Part shown: in pieces, positions 1-12,170 of the stretch
Layout: each line of letters begins with the position of its first letter
How positions within the stretch are numbered: the first letter of the stretch is position 1
Source of the DNA: Geosiphon pyriformis uo1
Lineage: Eukaryota; Fungi; Glomeromycota
DNA: 64,000 nt
Reading direction: 5' to 3'
NCBI GenBank assembly: GCA_016748015.1
Contig: JAAOMT010000690.1
Span: 62,001 to 126,000, forward strand
Translations under genes and position numbers: made by a program
The notes under the pieces: model-generated
The model's database searches: none
What the model was told of the DNA's origin: nothing
The model's input: the letters and a program-made list of their open reading frames with translations, nothing else

Positions 1-1560
1 AAAGTTATTTATTTATATTTCAATTAATTAAATTTATAATTATTTAAAAAAAAATTGAATTGATTATTATGAAATAAATCTTTATAAAACTTATTTAATT
101 ATTGCAAAAAAGAGTGTAATAAGTTTTTAAAAAAGCAAAACATTCTTACACAATAATAAAATTTTTAAAAAAAAATTACACATTTTAATATAACCAATTT
201 TCATTAATTTGAGTTATTTAATACTTAACTTGATTTTTTTACATTTAAAATATCCACAATTTTAAGTTGAACGGATTAAAAATAAATTACCAATTACTAG
301 GCTTTAATTACAAAAATTAATAGCTATTCATTTCAAAGAAGAATATAGAAATGATTTAAATGATGTAAAAAATGTTTGTAAGCTTTAACATTCTATTTTG
401 ATAAAGTTGGATTGTATGCAAAAAATGTGTAGAAAATTTACGTAGTGGAGCAATTTAGGGTTAGAACTAAGCAATAATGAATAAATAAATTTAAAGATGT
501 ATTTTTTCTTAATGATCATTATGTTCTAAATAGCGTGGGAGGTAGTATGCCCTTATTCAATGAAATAAGAACACCTGATGCGAAAATTTGAATTTATCCA
601 ATAACATAATAAATTACAACAAGCAACAAAAAATTTAAAAATCAACCAATCAATATTCCCAAAGGGATAGCGGCGGGAAAAGAAAATTTTATTTTTCAAA
701 TTAACAAGAAACTTATAATATTAGCCAATTACCGAATTTGCCAACCCATGGTTTTTAAACTGATATTTGTGGCGCTACATAATTTCCTAGAAATGCGCCA
801 CCTCGGAGTAAATTTAAAAAGATGCCCATACATATAAAAAAATCTTTGCTTTTTATTTAACTGTTAACCAGTTTTGCTCGGTGTAGAAACCATAAGCTAC
901 TCTTTTCTAGGACTCTTTCCCTTTCTTCAATTAGAATGACAGGCTACGTTATTGCCGGGAGGCATATTCCAACACAATATGTAGGCTAAATTTTATTTTT
1001 CTTAGTTTTGCAGCGAGTTATAATTTTATTGGGAAATGGGTTTTATTCGTAACCTAAAACAAACTGAAGCTCCGATAGGATAGGAATATCCTCACCCGAT
1101 GACTTTATGCACTTCCCACCTGAACTGTATAGTCAATTCTTTTATTACACCTTTAGCTGACTCTCGCCACTTGGGGTACAATTGGTTTGGGAGTTTACGC
1201 TTTTAGCCGACGCGCAAAAGCCAACGCCCCAGACCCTCTCACCTCTTCACCGCCCATCAACGCCTCCTCGCCTGAGGAGGAAGACTTCATAAAAGAGTTC
1301 ATAAAAAATGCTGAAGCAGAAGACAAAAAAGCAAGCGGACATTAAGGACATAAAAGATATAAAATTCAGGTGATTTAACTATTGAATTTTATCAAAGAAT
1401 TCAAGAAATTTGACCCAATTAATAGATATTTCTTCTCCATCTTTCTTAAATATTAATCAGCCCTGGCTTACTATTCAAATATCACAATATCTGAAATAAT
1501 TTTCTTGCTTTTGGTGAAAAAATTTTAAGCACGATTCAAAGGAATAGAGGAACTTTGAAG

Positions 1561-3183
1561 TTATCCCTTTCCCATACGGTTACCTGAGATATGAAGATAA
1601 TAGCCCAATTTTAATATTATACAAACTTTGAATACTCAAACTTTACTGAGACAGCTTACCCCAACCACGTGGATTTGTATCCTTGAAATCATCTAGCCTA
1701 CGTGCTTTGTACGTTTCTGCATCAATCGCAGCTTCATCGTTGTCATCAACTACTTTGCTTTCAGGCATTTTCCTAAGAAAAAACGTGAATGAAATAAAGT
1801 TTAGATGATTTCCAAAAACGTTAACCAATTTACCACTTACCCCCCTTCTTTTATTATATTGCCCCTTTGCTCTTCTTGCTGGAGATACTCGTCAATTGTC
1901 ATTGTGGGTAAACGCCAACCCGGTCGAAATACTTGTTGCCGTATGGTTTCTCGTTGGTTGGTAATTGTAAACGGTCTCAATGGCTGGATCACAAAAAAAT
2001 TATCCTTCAACTTCACAGAAAAACAATAAAGAAACAAAGAACCGGCTGAATTTACCCGCCCTTTGTTTGATAGAAGAGGTCCACTTGGTTCTATGTAGCT
2101 AGAATCGACCATGGTGCCATCATTCACTTTTTCCAATTTTGCGCGCGTGCCTTCTTGATCACGATGGTTTTTCATTTGTTCCAATAATTCTATTTCTTGC
2201 TGTATAGCAGCGAGTTCTTCGATAGATTTCTGTATAAATAATTCGATGAGCTTGATGATAAGCTTGCGCTTAACTTCATCGTCTTGTTCCCCAAGCGCCA
2301 ATTTTTTTTCTTGTAGCTCCTATAGTAATGATAAATCTCCGAGTATTATTTAATGTGTATATTAAATTGGAAATATTTACATATATATTCCAACTTTAAG
2401 CTCTTTTTCCAGTCCAATTCTCCGTTTAAAGCGGGCAATCTTAGTTTCACGAGTTTTAGCAGCATCCTTCTTAATATAATTGCTTTGATCTTCAAGATAT
2501 TTGAGTTCCTACAAAATATTTGATATTGATATAAACAGGTAAAACTAAGAAATACAAGATTAATTATACAAAAAGAACCTCTTCCCCTAGCATTTCGTAC
2601 ATCTCGAGATTAAGTAAAAACTGTTGATGATGTCGCTGGAAATCAGGTTAATTAGTATTATCACATGATAAAAAAGTGTTTTAAACTAATTGGGCTTCAT
2701 TACCTTTGCTATGTTTAGAACATCAAGTCTTTCCTCACTAATTAGTTTTGTTGTTAAACTACCGAGATATGCTTCCACTAATAAAAATCTATGTTCAACG
2801 ATTTAATTTTTACATATGAAAAAGCGCAATCAATGATCGCAAAACATTTATCGGAGTATGAGATTACTTGCCTGAGATCATTAGTATTTATATCATCCAA
2901 GGTCTCGTTCGTACTAAACAGGCTCAGGTTTTCTACCATATTTCCACAGTGAGAAAAGCATTCTAAAGCTCGGCGAACATCCTCCTATAAAATCAATTAA
3001 ACATAAGAAAATGTAAAAAAATAAATGTCGCCAAATTGAAAATCGAAAAGATAACAAAGCCTCGAATGCAACCTGATATTTAGTATCAGAAGTAGAGAGT
3101 TGAGAATTTTCAAGCTTTTTATACAAGGCCTCACCAGTGGAGAAAAGCTCCCCGAGGGATACCTGGGGTTGGTTTGAGGTCAT
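1561..3183 (-). CDS. TAP42: TAP42/alpha4 (IGBP1) PP2A-family phosphatase regulatory subunit, multi-exon
   Basis: Exons joined by hand give SLFSTNETLDDINTNDLRFLLVEAYLG, RETKIARFK, VFRPGWRLPTMTIDEYL and YKARRLDDFKDTNPRGWGNRMGKG*, all TAP42 hallmarks. ATG at 3183, TAA at 1563-1561. Confidence 0.93.
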
Positions 3184-3417
3184 CACACAAGAGAAAATAT
3201 AGATATTTATGATAATGTCATCTATTACATTAGTCGACTTCTATTATTGACCTCTTATTATAAATAGCATTTTTCTCACGAAGTCCATCTTCACTTGCAT
3301 CAGAGCTTCAATGACGTGTATTAATCAGAATTCAATATCTATTCTACATCATACACAACCCATTTTTTCAAAGGTAATTTGGAGTGCCAAGCGTCCTTCA
3401 CCACCAAAGGTAACAAA

Positions 3418-4959
3418 ATGAAGGTTGTTGTGGTTGGAGGCACAGGATTTATAGGTACCCCAGATATTCCAATGAAAGATATCGTAAAAGAATCATAAGC
3501 CTTTGACACATATAGATTATCTTTGAATCGATTCCCCCAATAAATTTATATTTGAGGTAAATACGTTGCAAAAGCTTTCATACGCGATCCCAACAATTCA
3601 ATACAACTAGTTGCACGTAACCCCAAAATTGATGAACTGAGAAACTTGGGTAATTGTGAAAACACTCTGTGATATCTTTCTTCATGTGAAAACATTTCTC
3701 AAACTCGTCAATCAATCCAAAATGTGATATTTGCAAAGGTGAGCAAATTCTTAAACCGATTAAAAGCGATATCACGTCTCAACCGAATGTGTCAGATGCA
3801 TGTAGAGGTGCAAATATCATCGTGAACCTTGTTGGTATAATGCATGAGAATCCTCCAAAGTACACCTTTGATACAGTTCAGCATCAAGGGGCACGGCATG
3901 TGGCAATTGCTGCAAAGGAGAATAATGCGCAGTTAGTCCATGTGAGCGCCATCGGTGCCAACTCTCAGAGCGGAATACCGTATGCTAAGACCAAAGGTAA
4001 CCCAAGAAAGTGATACATGAAATGAGAATTTTAGCCTAAAATCGTACTTCTTTAGGATTAGGAGAAGCTGCTGTTCGTGAGGTGTGTCCCAACGCAACAA
4101 TCCTACGCCCCAGTCTTGTATTTGGGCCGGAAGATGATTTTTTTAATGTGAGTTATTTATATCAAATTTAAGAAATGTTTCGGCATTAAAATCTAACCAT
4201 ATTATATAAATAGAGATTCGCCAAACTCGCTCGATTCTTGCCATTCATGCCTGTTTTTGGTGGAGGAACCACTAAATTCCAGCCAGTCTATGTTTGGGAT
4301 TTGGCAAGTGCTATATTTAAAGTGAGTACAGATTCGAGATTTCAAGGCAAAATCATTGAGATTGGTGGCCCTATAAGTAAGTTATTAAATGGGGGTATTT
4401 GAGGTTTTTTTGATTTTGCATCAACGCGTTGATATAAAATTTGGATTAGTCTACACATACAGAGAAATCATGCAACTCACTCTTGACCAGGCAGGGATGA
4501 GACGCCTTATTTTGTCTTTACCGTGGGCAGTCGGTTTAATTCAAGGATTCTTCTTGGAAAAATTGCCTCTCAATCTTTTTACCATTACGCGTGACCAGGT
4601 GAACCTTCTTCGAAATGACAACATAGTCGGTCAAGATAAAGGTGCTCTGACTTTGGCTGACTTAGGGATCAAACCCAAACAAGCAGAAAAGGTAGATAAG
4701 GACGCGCATTGAGTTTTCATTCCGTTTTTCTACATTTCAATTAAAACTCTCGTGGCAATATTAGATCCTACATCAATATCTCAGACCCCATGATGTTATA
4801 ACTCCAAATAAAAGGACACATCGCGTTGTTGACCAATCAATAGAAGATGAACTTGCCGAAATTGAAGGTATTCGAAGGCGTTCACCTAAAAAAGCCTTGG
4901 AATTTGAGGCTGAAATGCTGAAGCAACAAAAGGATCATGATGCTAAAGTAAAAAAATGA
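3418..4959 (+). CDS. NDUFA9-family atypical SDR (complex I 39-kDa-subunit-like NAD(P)-binding protein), multi-exon
   Basis: MKVVVVGGTGFIG Rossmann motif, NLVGIMHE, LVHVSAIGA, YAKTK, ILRPSLVFGPEDDFFNRFA, FQPVYV; GT-AG introns; TGA at 4957-4959. Confidence 0.88.
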
Positions 4960-5221
4960 TTTTTATCAGTGTAGACACTATAACTGTAGATTTGTGATTA
5001 ATTCCTTTTCCTATAATCTCCCAGTAATTTAATAAATAATTGGGTTACTTTTTAAGCGTACGAGAAAGATGTCTACGAAAATCACTATTTTTATCGTGGT
5101 TATTAGACCCTGATTAAGTAAGTCTTCAAGAGGCATTACAGGTTCCCAATCATCAAAAACATTTGAGATTTAAATGACTATTTTACAATTCCCAAGTTCT
5201 CGGCTTTGCCTTCTACTTAAT

Positions 5222-5627
5222 TCATTGTGTTTTAACAGCCTTACCCCGGTACATTAACGCACCCCCTACTAAGGCTATCACTGTAGCACCTTGTGCGGCC
5301 ACCCTTAGTCGAAGCATATTCTGAAACATGCGCGAATTCCCACGCTGCATTCCAACTGTCGCGCCTAAGATGGCGAAAGTAGTTAGGAGCATTCCTGTAA
5401 AAGTAAATTATTAGCCCATTAACGAAATAGAGTATTAATTCAATACGAAATAAAATACCGGCAGGAACGAATGGGTTCTCTATACATTTCCTCTTTATCC
5501 TATCCAAGCCAGTTTCATATAGAACATCGTCGTCGTCGTCATCTTCATCAATTATTTCAATACTTTTGGAGGTAGCCTCATTAGGAGTTCCAAGTTGGTG
5601 GTGTTTAAAACTCTCGATGTTTGACAT
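5222..5627 (-). CDS. RCF1: HIG1-domain respiratory supercomplex factor (Rcf1/HIGD2A-like), 2 exons
   Basis: Exon 5627-5459 (RKCIENPFVPA) plus exon 5394-5222 (GMLLTTFAILGATVGMQRGNSRMFQNMLRLRVAAQGATVIALVGG): two TM helices with the Q-x3-R-x-R-x3-Q motif. Confidence 0.85.
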
Positions 5628-5803
5628 CCTTCCTGTGTCCAAGAATAGCTATTTGGCGAACTTAGATAGTTGACAGTCAAAATAAAATGTCCAAGAATTA
5701 TGCGCGTGATCCGTCACGTTATCTCTTGAGTCAAATCAAAAATCTAACAGCTTCTTGAAGAAAGTGAGCAATCTTTCTTTTATAGTACATAATTTTTACT
5801 AGT

Positions 5804-7307
5804 ATGTCTGCCAAGCAGAAAATCTTTGCATTCGGCTATAACGTATTTTACCAAACCGCACCTAATAGCACAGAAATTAATATTATAGAGCCAATTGATA
5901 TCACCGCCTCAACCCAATGTTCTCATATTATTTGGGCTAATTTGAATGTGACCCTTGGCTTGGATGGTATAAACCACTAGATATTGCCGTAATATTTAGT
6001 TTATCGTAACCAATTTTTAAAGGATAATAGCCAATAGGAATATAGTCAAATGGGGATACGATGAATTGACAAATAGGCGAATTGCGCCTACGGTTACCAC
6101 ATTCCCCCAAAATGGTCGAAAATTTTTTGGGGATGAAGATAATATTCGAGGATTTTTAGATAATCAAGGAAAACTATATATAAATGGAAAAATCATGGTT
6201 TTGCCGAATGAATGTGTCGATGTGGCATATCTTTGGACGGGTGATCATGTTGTATGTGTGACTGGTAAGAAGCAAACTTGATAATTGTAAATGACTTTTG
6301 AATCAAATATATATTTTGATCGATTTTGGAATTCAAAGCCGATGGTAAATTATGGCAATGGAATACCCAAGCAAATGCGCTATCACCCCAGGAAATCAAA
6401 CCAATAGATCAAATGGACCATTATTTTAATAAAGTTGCATGTGGCGAGAATCACTTTGTTGCCTTGACTCAAGATGGTGAAGTCTTTACCTGGGGATCAG
6501 GAAGGTGTGTTTGGTATTTTGCTCATTATTCATTATATTTTCAAAATATTTTAATGACTACCCTTAAGGCATGGACAGTTGGGGCATGGCAATTTGAAAT
6601 CTGTGGATAAACCAACAGTAATCGAACTTCTTCAAGGATTAAAGGTAACCGAGATTGCATGTGGAGGATGGCACTCGGCAGTGATCACAGGTAAGGCTTT
6701 TTCCAATTTGCGTATATTGGATACTAATTAAGTGCACCCATCACCTCCAAACAAGATTCCCAAGATCTGTACACATTTGGATGGAACAATATGGGGCGCT
6801 TGGGTATATCAACAACTGAAAACTCTAGAGATGACCGGTTAGTTATTAACCCTGCAGAACCTAACTTAATCGAGTTCAACTCTGATATCGATAATAGCGA
6901 GATCCTTGATTTGAATGTTCTTCGAGTTTCTTGTGGCAGTGCACATACTGCAGTGGTTACAGGTAGCATAAGATTAATTCCAAATGATATAATTTTTATT
7001 GAGATTTTTGTTGATTTGAATTCTTCAACGCTTAAAGATGATTGTTGCCTTAGAGTATGTGGTTGGGGTATGTTTTTTTATTTCTTATATTTCATCACGA
7101 GATTTTTATCATCCTAACGAGTCATTGATGTTGACTTCCCTAGGTAAGTATGGGCAACTAGGTCAAAGAGATCAAAATTTAGAGAATCAAAACCAATTCA
7201 TTCCGGTAAAGCTAGATTCACTTCAGGAATATCGAGTTTTAGATTGCTATTGTGGACGTTGGAACACTTTTGCTCTAGTGGAAGATTTTAGAGCGTTGAA
7301 CCTTTAG
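5804..7307 (+). CDS. RCC1-repeat protein, RCCD1-like, multi-exon
   Basis: RCC1 repeats VACGENHFVALT..GEVFTWGSGRHGQLG, IACGGWHSAVIT..DLYTFGWN, VSCGSAHTAVVT..CGWGKYGQLG and a terminal CGRWNT resembling RCCD1. Confidence 0.85.
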
Positions 7308-8304
7308 TCATCCAATTAAATTAAGCGATCTAATCCAAATTTACTTTTTGAGCCCTTGGTATAAAAATCTCTTGATATTTAAGATTCGAGTGTTGATGGA
7401 ATTGACTTGTGCTAGCAAAATTATAAAAATTTGAATTAATAAATATAATAGACGTGGTTCATGTGCAGTTTTTAAAACCTTTTGAAACTTAGCACAAAGG
7501 CTTTTTTATTATTTAAAAGCTGCTGTTGAATCAAATTTAAAATTTTCATTACCAATTTGTTTTACTATTAGTGAAATTTGTGCCACTGTATTTTCAAAAA
7601 TTTAATTGTTATTTAAGAATATACAATAGAAATATTGTATATTAAAAGTGGTTCACATGCCTTTTATATATAATTAGCATTCAAACCAAATTAACCAATT
7701 ACACAAAACAATAAATCAAAACCAAAACCACCAAGACTTTACAACTTTAAAAAGTATTATGTACATAATGTTTTTTAAATTTTTAAAACTAAATTAGTCT
7801 ATTATATTATTATTAACTTTAACTGCTTTTTTATAATTTTTATTTAGAATATTAAGTTTTTTTATTATATTTAAATTATTGGTTTTAATTATATTTATTG
7901 GTATTAATTAAAATTAAAATTAAAATTTATTATTGATTATTTTTATAATTTTTATTATTAATTAATATATAATGTTATTTTATATTTATTTTTAATGTTT
8001 TAACAAAATATAGCTTAATTATTATCTAATATAACATATTATAAAATATTTTAAATTAAATATAAATTATATAATATATATATATAATTAATTACTTAAG
8101 TTAAATTAAATTAAATTAAATATATTAAAACAAACTTATTTAAAACAGTTATTTTATGTATAATGACAATTTTTTTTTTATGCTTTATGAGTGAAGTTCA
8201 AACATTGCTTAAAACTATACATTAAAGAAATGATCTAAATTAGGTGTGAATCATGCACTTTCTACATATGACCAGTCATTCAGACTGATCAGAACAACAC
8301 TACT

Positions 8305-11300
8305 CAACTATATGAACCAAAACATAATTACTGATACCTGAAAAAAATAAACAAGGCCTATAAAAGCCAAAATAAACACCAAATGCTTCAGCAATACCAA
8401 GCAACCTGACTACACCAGATAACTCTGAAGCCAAACCAGAAACTGAAACAAGAGCTGATCCATCTAGTAGGATTAAGCCATTTTTTTCTATATAGGCATG
8501 ATGTTTAGCACAAATTAATCAGATATTGTCTCTAAAAACAAGACAGAGAAAATGCACAAACTCAACAATCTTCAAACTAGCAATCTTGGAATTGCAAAAA
8601 ACAGAAATGGCCTCATGAAGCCAACCATCAAAAACAAAACCCTTAAAGAGAGTCATGAAGACAGAAACATCAGAAATACTAGATAACAACAGCTACAACA
8701 CACATGATGAAGAATGAAAAAGGCCAGAAAGAGTCTTCTAAGAAACTATAAAGATATTCAATATCTAAAGACAAGTAGAACCATCAATGTTACAAGAGAA
8801 AGCATAATCTGATATTTTTACAACACCATAATACAAACACAACACACTAGAGTAACATTGATTATAAAGTGACTTCTGAACAGCAACAGGCAGCCAATGA
8901 TACAAAGCTTTCATAAAATAAATGTGTACAAAAGCTAAAGACCTGTTAGTAAAACTGGTGGCCATGTGCAAATCAGAATGCCATACTAATAAAAAGCTGA
9001 GCCAATCAATATCAGAATGCAGATTACTATCTAAAAACATAGAACCAAAACCAACTTCCCAATAGATATGACAAATGAAATAAAAAACATTACAAATAAA
9101 GTGTTTAGAGTTGTCAAAAATTATACAATTATCAACTACCAAAAAATGTTTATTTAAATAAGAAGGAAGGTACCAATTAGAGAGAAAAGTGGCATTAGTA
9201 AATGCATCAGCATGCTCATTTTCCAAAACACTGGAGTGGTTTTTTATCTTAAGCCAGAAAACCCTTAAATTATTACTGTGAACAACATTGACAATATGTC
9301 AATGTTCAATCCAATACTAATTGTAAAAGTCTGGAGACATCAAACTTAGTTCTGACTTACAAGTATTTAAAGCAGATTGACTATTTGAAAACAAGTAAAC
9401 AGAGCTAAATGGGGGAACACACTCCAGAGCCAACACAATAGCTTGCAATTCTGCTAAGATAGATAACATCAAATCCAACACATCTACACCTAAACTCAAA
9501 TTAATGTCTTCAAAAAAAACCACAGCACCAGCTTTTATGCCAACTGTGCCCAGATTCTTTAGAAACTTATTCATATATACTAAAAAACTGCCAAAAACAA
9601 TCTGAGAAAGCTGATCACAAATAAAGCCAAAGTTGCAAGACTCAAAAATGCTCAGAGGTCCAATGCCATTTAAAACAGTGGAATATGCAAGAGAAGAAAT
9701 CATGTTATTGAAAAATGCAGTAAAAAGCTTAAACCACTCAGGAGTTGGGCCACAGAAATCTAATCTCTTTCACTGCTTGAAAGTATATCAATCATAAACA
9801 ATACTATGATGATCACAAAGTTGATTTACAAAGACAATATCATATCTTTAGAGAGAAGAAAAATACTTGAAAAATTCTGATTTACCAAAAACAGCAAACA
9901 TGAGCACTCCACCACAAAAACAAAAAAAACTGACAAAAGAGCCACTTAGAGACAAATTACACTTTAAAAAAATATGAACCATATCTGCCAAAAAGTTATT
10001 AGAAGAACTAACTCAAATACGAACAAGAAAATTTAAAGAATAAATAGAACACCAACACAAAACTTACAAGTCATGAGACCTGTGAGTAAACAAACAACCC
10101 AAAATTCCATTAGAATTTACAAAACTAATAAGAGAAGCCACTTTACTCTTAGACTGAATTTGGACAAAAGATTTCAAAGCATAAAACAAAGGGTGATAGA
10201 TCATATTACCAAGAAAATTAATAGAGAGACCCAACTTGGACTTCAAGCCTTTACAAATCAAAGCATCCCACTTGTTACATACACTAATTAGAACAAAACT
10301 AAACTGTATTTTATAGCTAACAATAGGATAAAGAACAGCCAACACCAAATACAAGAACTGCTTATCTAAGACAGTTTTTTTTAGAACTAGATTGACAAAA
10401 AAGTAAATGTTTAAATGTGTTTTAGTTAAGCTAGACTTCAAAAAACCATTTGTTAAAAGAAAGATACTCAAGTATTAATGAAATTTTTTCTTTTTGGTAA
10501 TAGAGATAAGCAATCTACTGATAGACAAAAAAAGTTTATTGATTTTGCAATTAATAGGAATGGTCACTGTTTTGTTGTTATTAATGGAAATATTATTAAT
10601 TCAAAAAAATTCATTAGTAATATTGAGAATATGTTAAGTAGCAGTCTGACTGCTACCAACTCAAATCATATCATCAACAAAGACACCAGTGGCAAAAAAA
10701 AAAGAAACTCCAGTCTAAAACTTGGCATGACCACTTTTGGAAAACTTATTTTGTATCCATACATACACTCTTGTCTTTTGACTTTACACAAAAAGAAATC
10801 ATAAAATATACACTACAAGAGTGGAAAAAAAACTTCTTCTTGGTCTAAACCATTATGAACATGATAACCACTTGTCAAACCAAAATCAGTCATAACTCTG
10901 TTGGTACAACTCCTATAAATATTACCAAAAAATTGAATAAATTTGCTACACATTTTGATTCTAACCAAACTTTTCTTAAGATGTTCCCAGCCAACCAAAT
11001 TATATGCCTTCCATATATCCTGCAAAACCAGCCAGAGCTTCTAATTTTTCTCTAGAGCATTCTTAACTACCAAACCAATTGCAAAAATGGGAGACTGGGT
11101 TGTTGTACTTTTTAAAACCAAAAAATTATTCCCACAAAAAACGTTAAAAGCATTGCAAGCTGATGAAATCTTATTAGAGAGAATCTTAAATAGGATTTTG
11201 TAAGCCATTTTGATCAAAGCAATAGGCCAAGTGTTTGTTAGAACACCTTTCTACTTATATGGTTTGAGAATTATTGAGACCCAAGCTTTTTTCCAAAAAC

Positions 11301-12170
11301 TGGACATCAAAAACATATCCAGAATTGATTTGTCACAATATTTCCAAAGCTTATTTGAGATACCTGAGAGACTAGCAGTCTTACCATTAGACAAATCACA
11401 AATCACACCAAAAAGTTCATCAAACTCAACCAAACACATTACACCAGAAAAAGCTTCATTAAAAACATACTCCAAAGGTTGATATTGACAAGACTATTCA
11501 TCAAGAATATCAGTAACCACATTATGTTTTCTAGTTCAACTCTCCATAATTACATCTACCTTAAATTTAACTGCATCAGGCTCTATAATTAATTTATCAT
11601 TAATAACTAAATGATCCAGCACCATCTTATGGAAAGAATGCTCCAATACACTTCTGATAGTATGATCTTTATTTGTTACAAAGCTTTTTATCTTTTTATC
11701 TATAGTAAACCTGATGTTTGCTTTATTAGCCTTCAGAAATTCAGCAAACTTAAAAGCACAATAAGACTTTCTAACACCATAAAGAACAGAACAAATATGA
11801 TTAAAGCTCGCACCAAAGTCTACAAGATTCTGAATAATCAAAGATTTAATATTATCCAAAGAGCCCTATTGTTTCATAAAGAAGACAAAACTAACAATAC
11901 TTTCCTCATAAAAAGCTCTGACAATTTTTGAAACCAAAAGCTTCAGCTTATGAAATTTTAAAGAATCTTTGGTAAAAACACCATCAAAATCTTTAAACTA
12001 TTTTCTTTTAAAAATTTCACTAACTGAGAGAGTTATTATTTTGCGAATAATATCTCATATTGCATCCAAATTTGAGAATTTCACAGTGGCAGCAAACTTT
12101 ACAGAGAACATTGTAGTATTGGCTGATATGGTTTTTTTAAAACAGTTCTACTTATTCTTATTAGCCATTC
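8305..12170 (-). mobile_element. Decayed non-LTR retrotransposon (LINE) ORF2: RT, RNase H, C-terminal Cys motif
   Basis: Minus-strand fragments QDIWKAYNLVGWEHL and HNGLDQEEVFFPLL (RT), AELQAIVLALEC..YLFSNSQSAL (RNase H), ENEHADAF, CLYYG..SDYAFSC; many stops. Ends approximate. Confidence 0.85.

Noticed and set aside
453-464. TTAGGGTTAG (reverse complement resembles a telomerase template, CTAACCCTAA)
   Set aside because: Single 10-mer with no array and no recognisable adjacent pseudoknot; compatible with chance.
510-580. Possible C/D-box snoRNA (ATGATCA...CTGA)
   Set aside because: Imperfect C box, no terminal stem and no convincing rRNA guide sequence.
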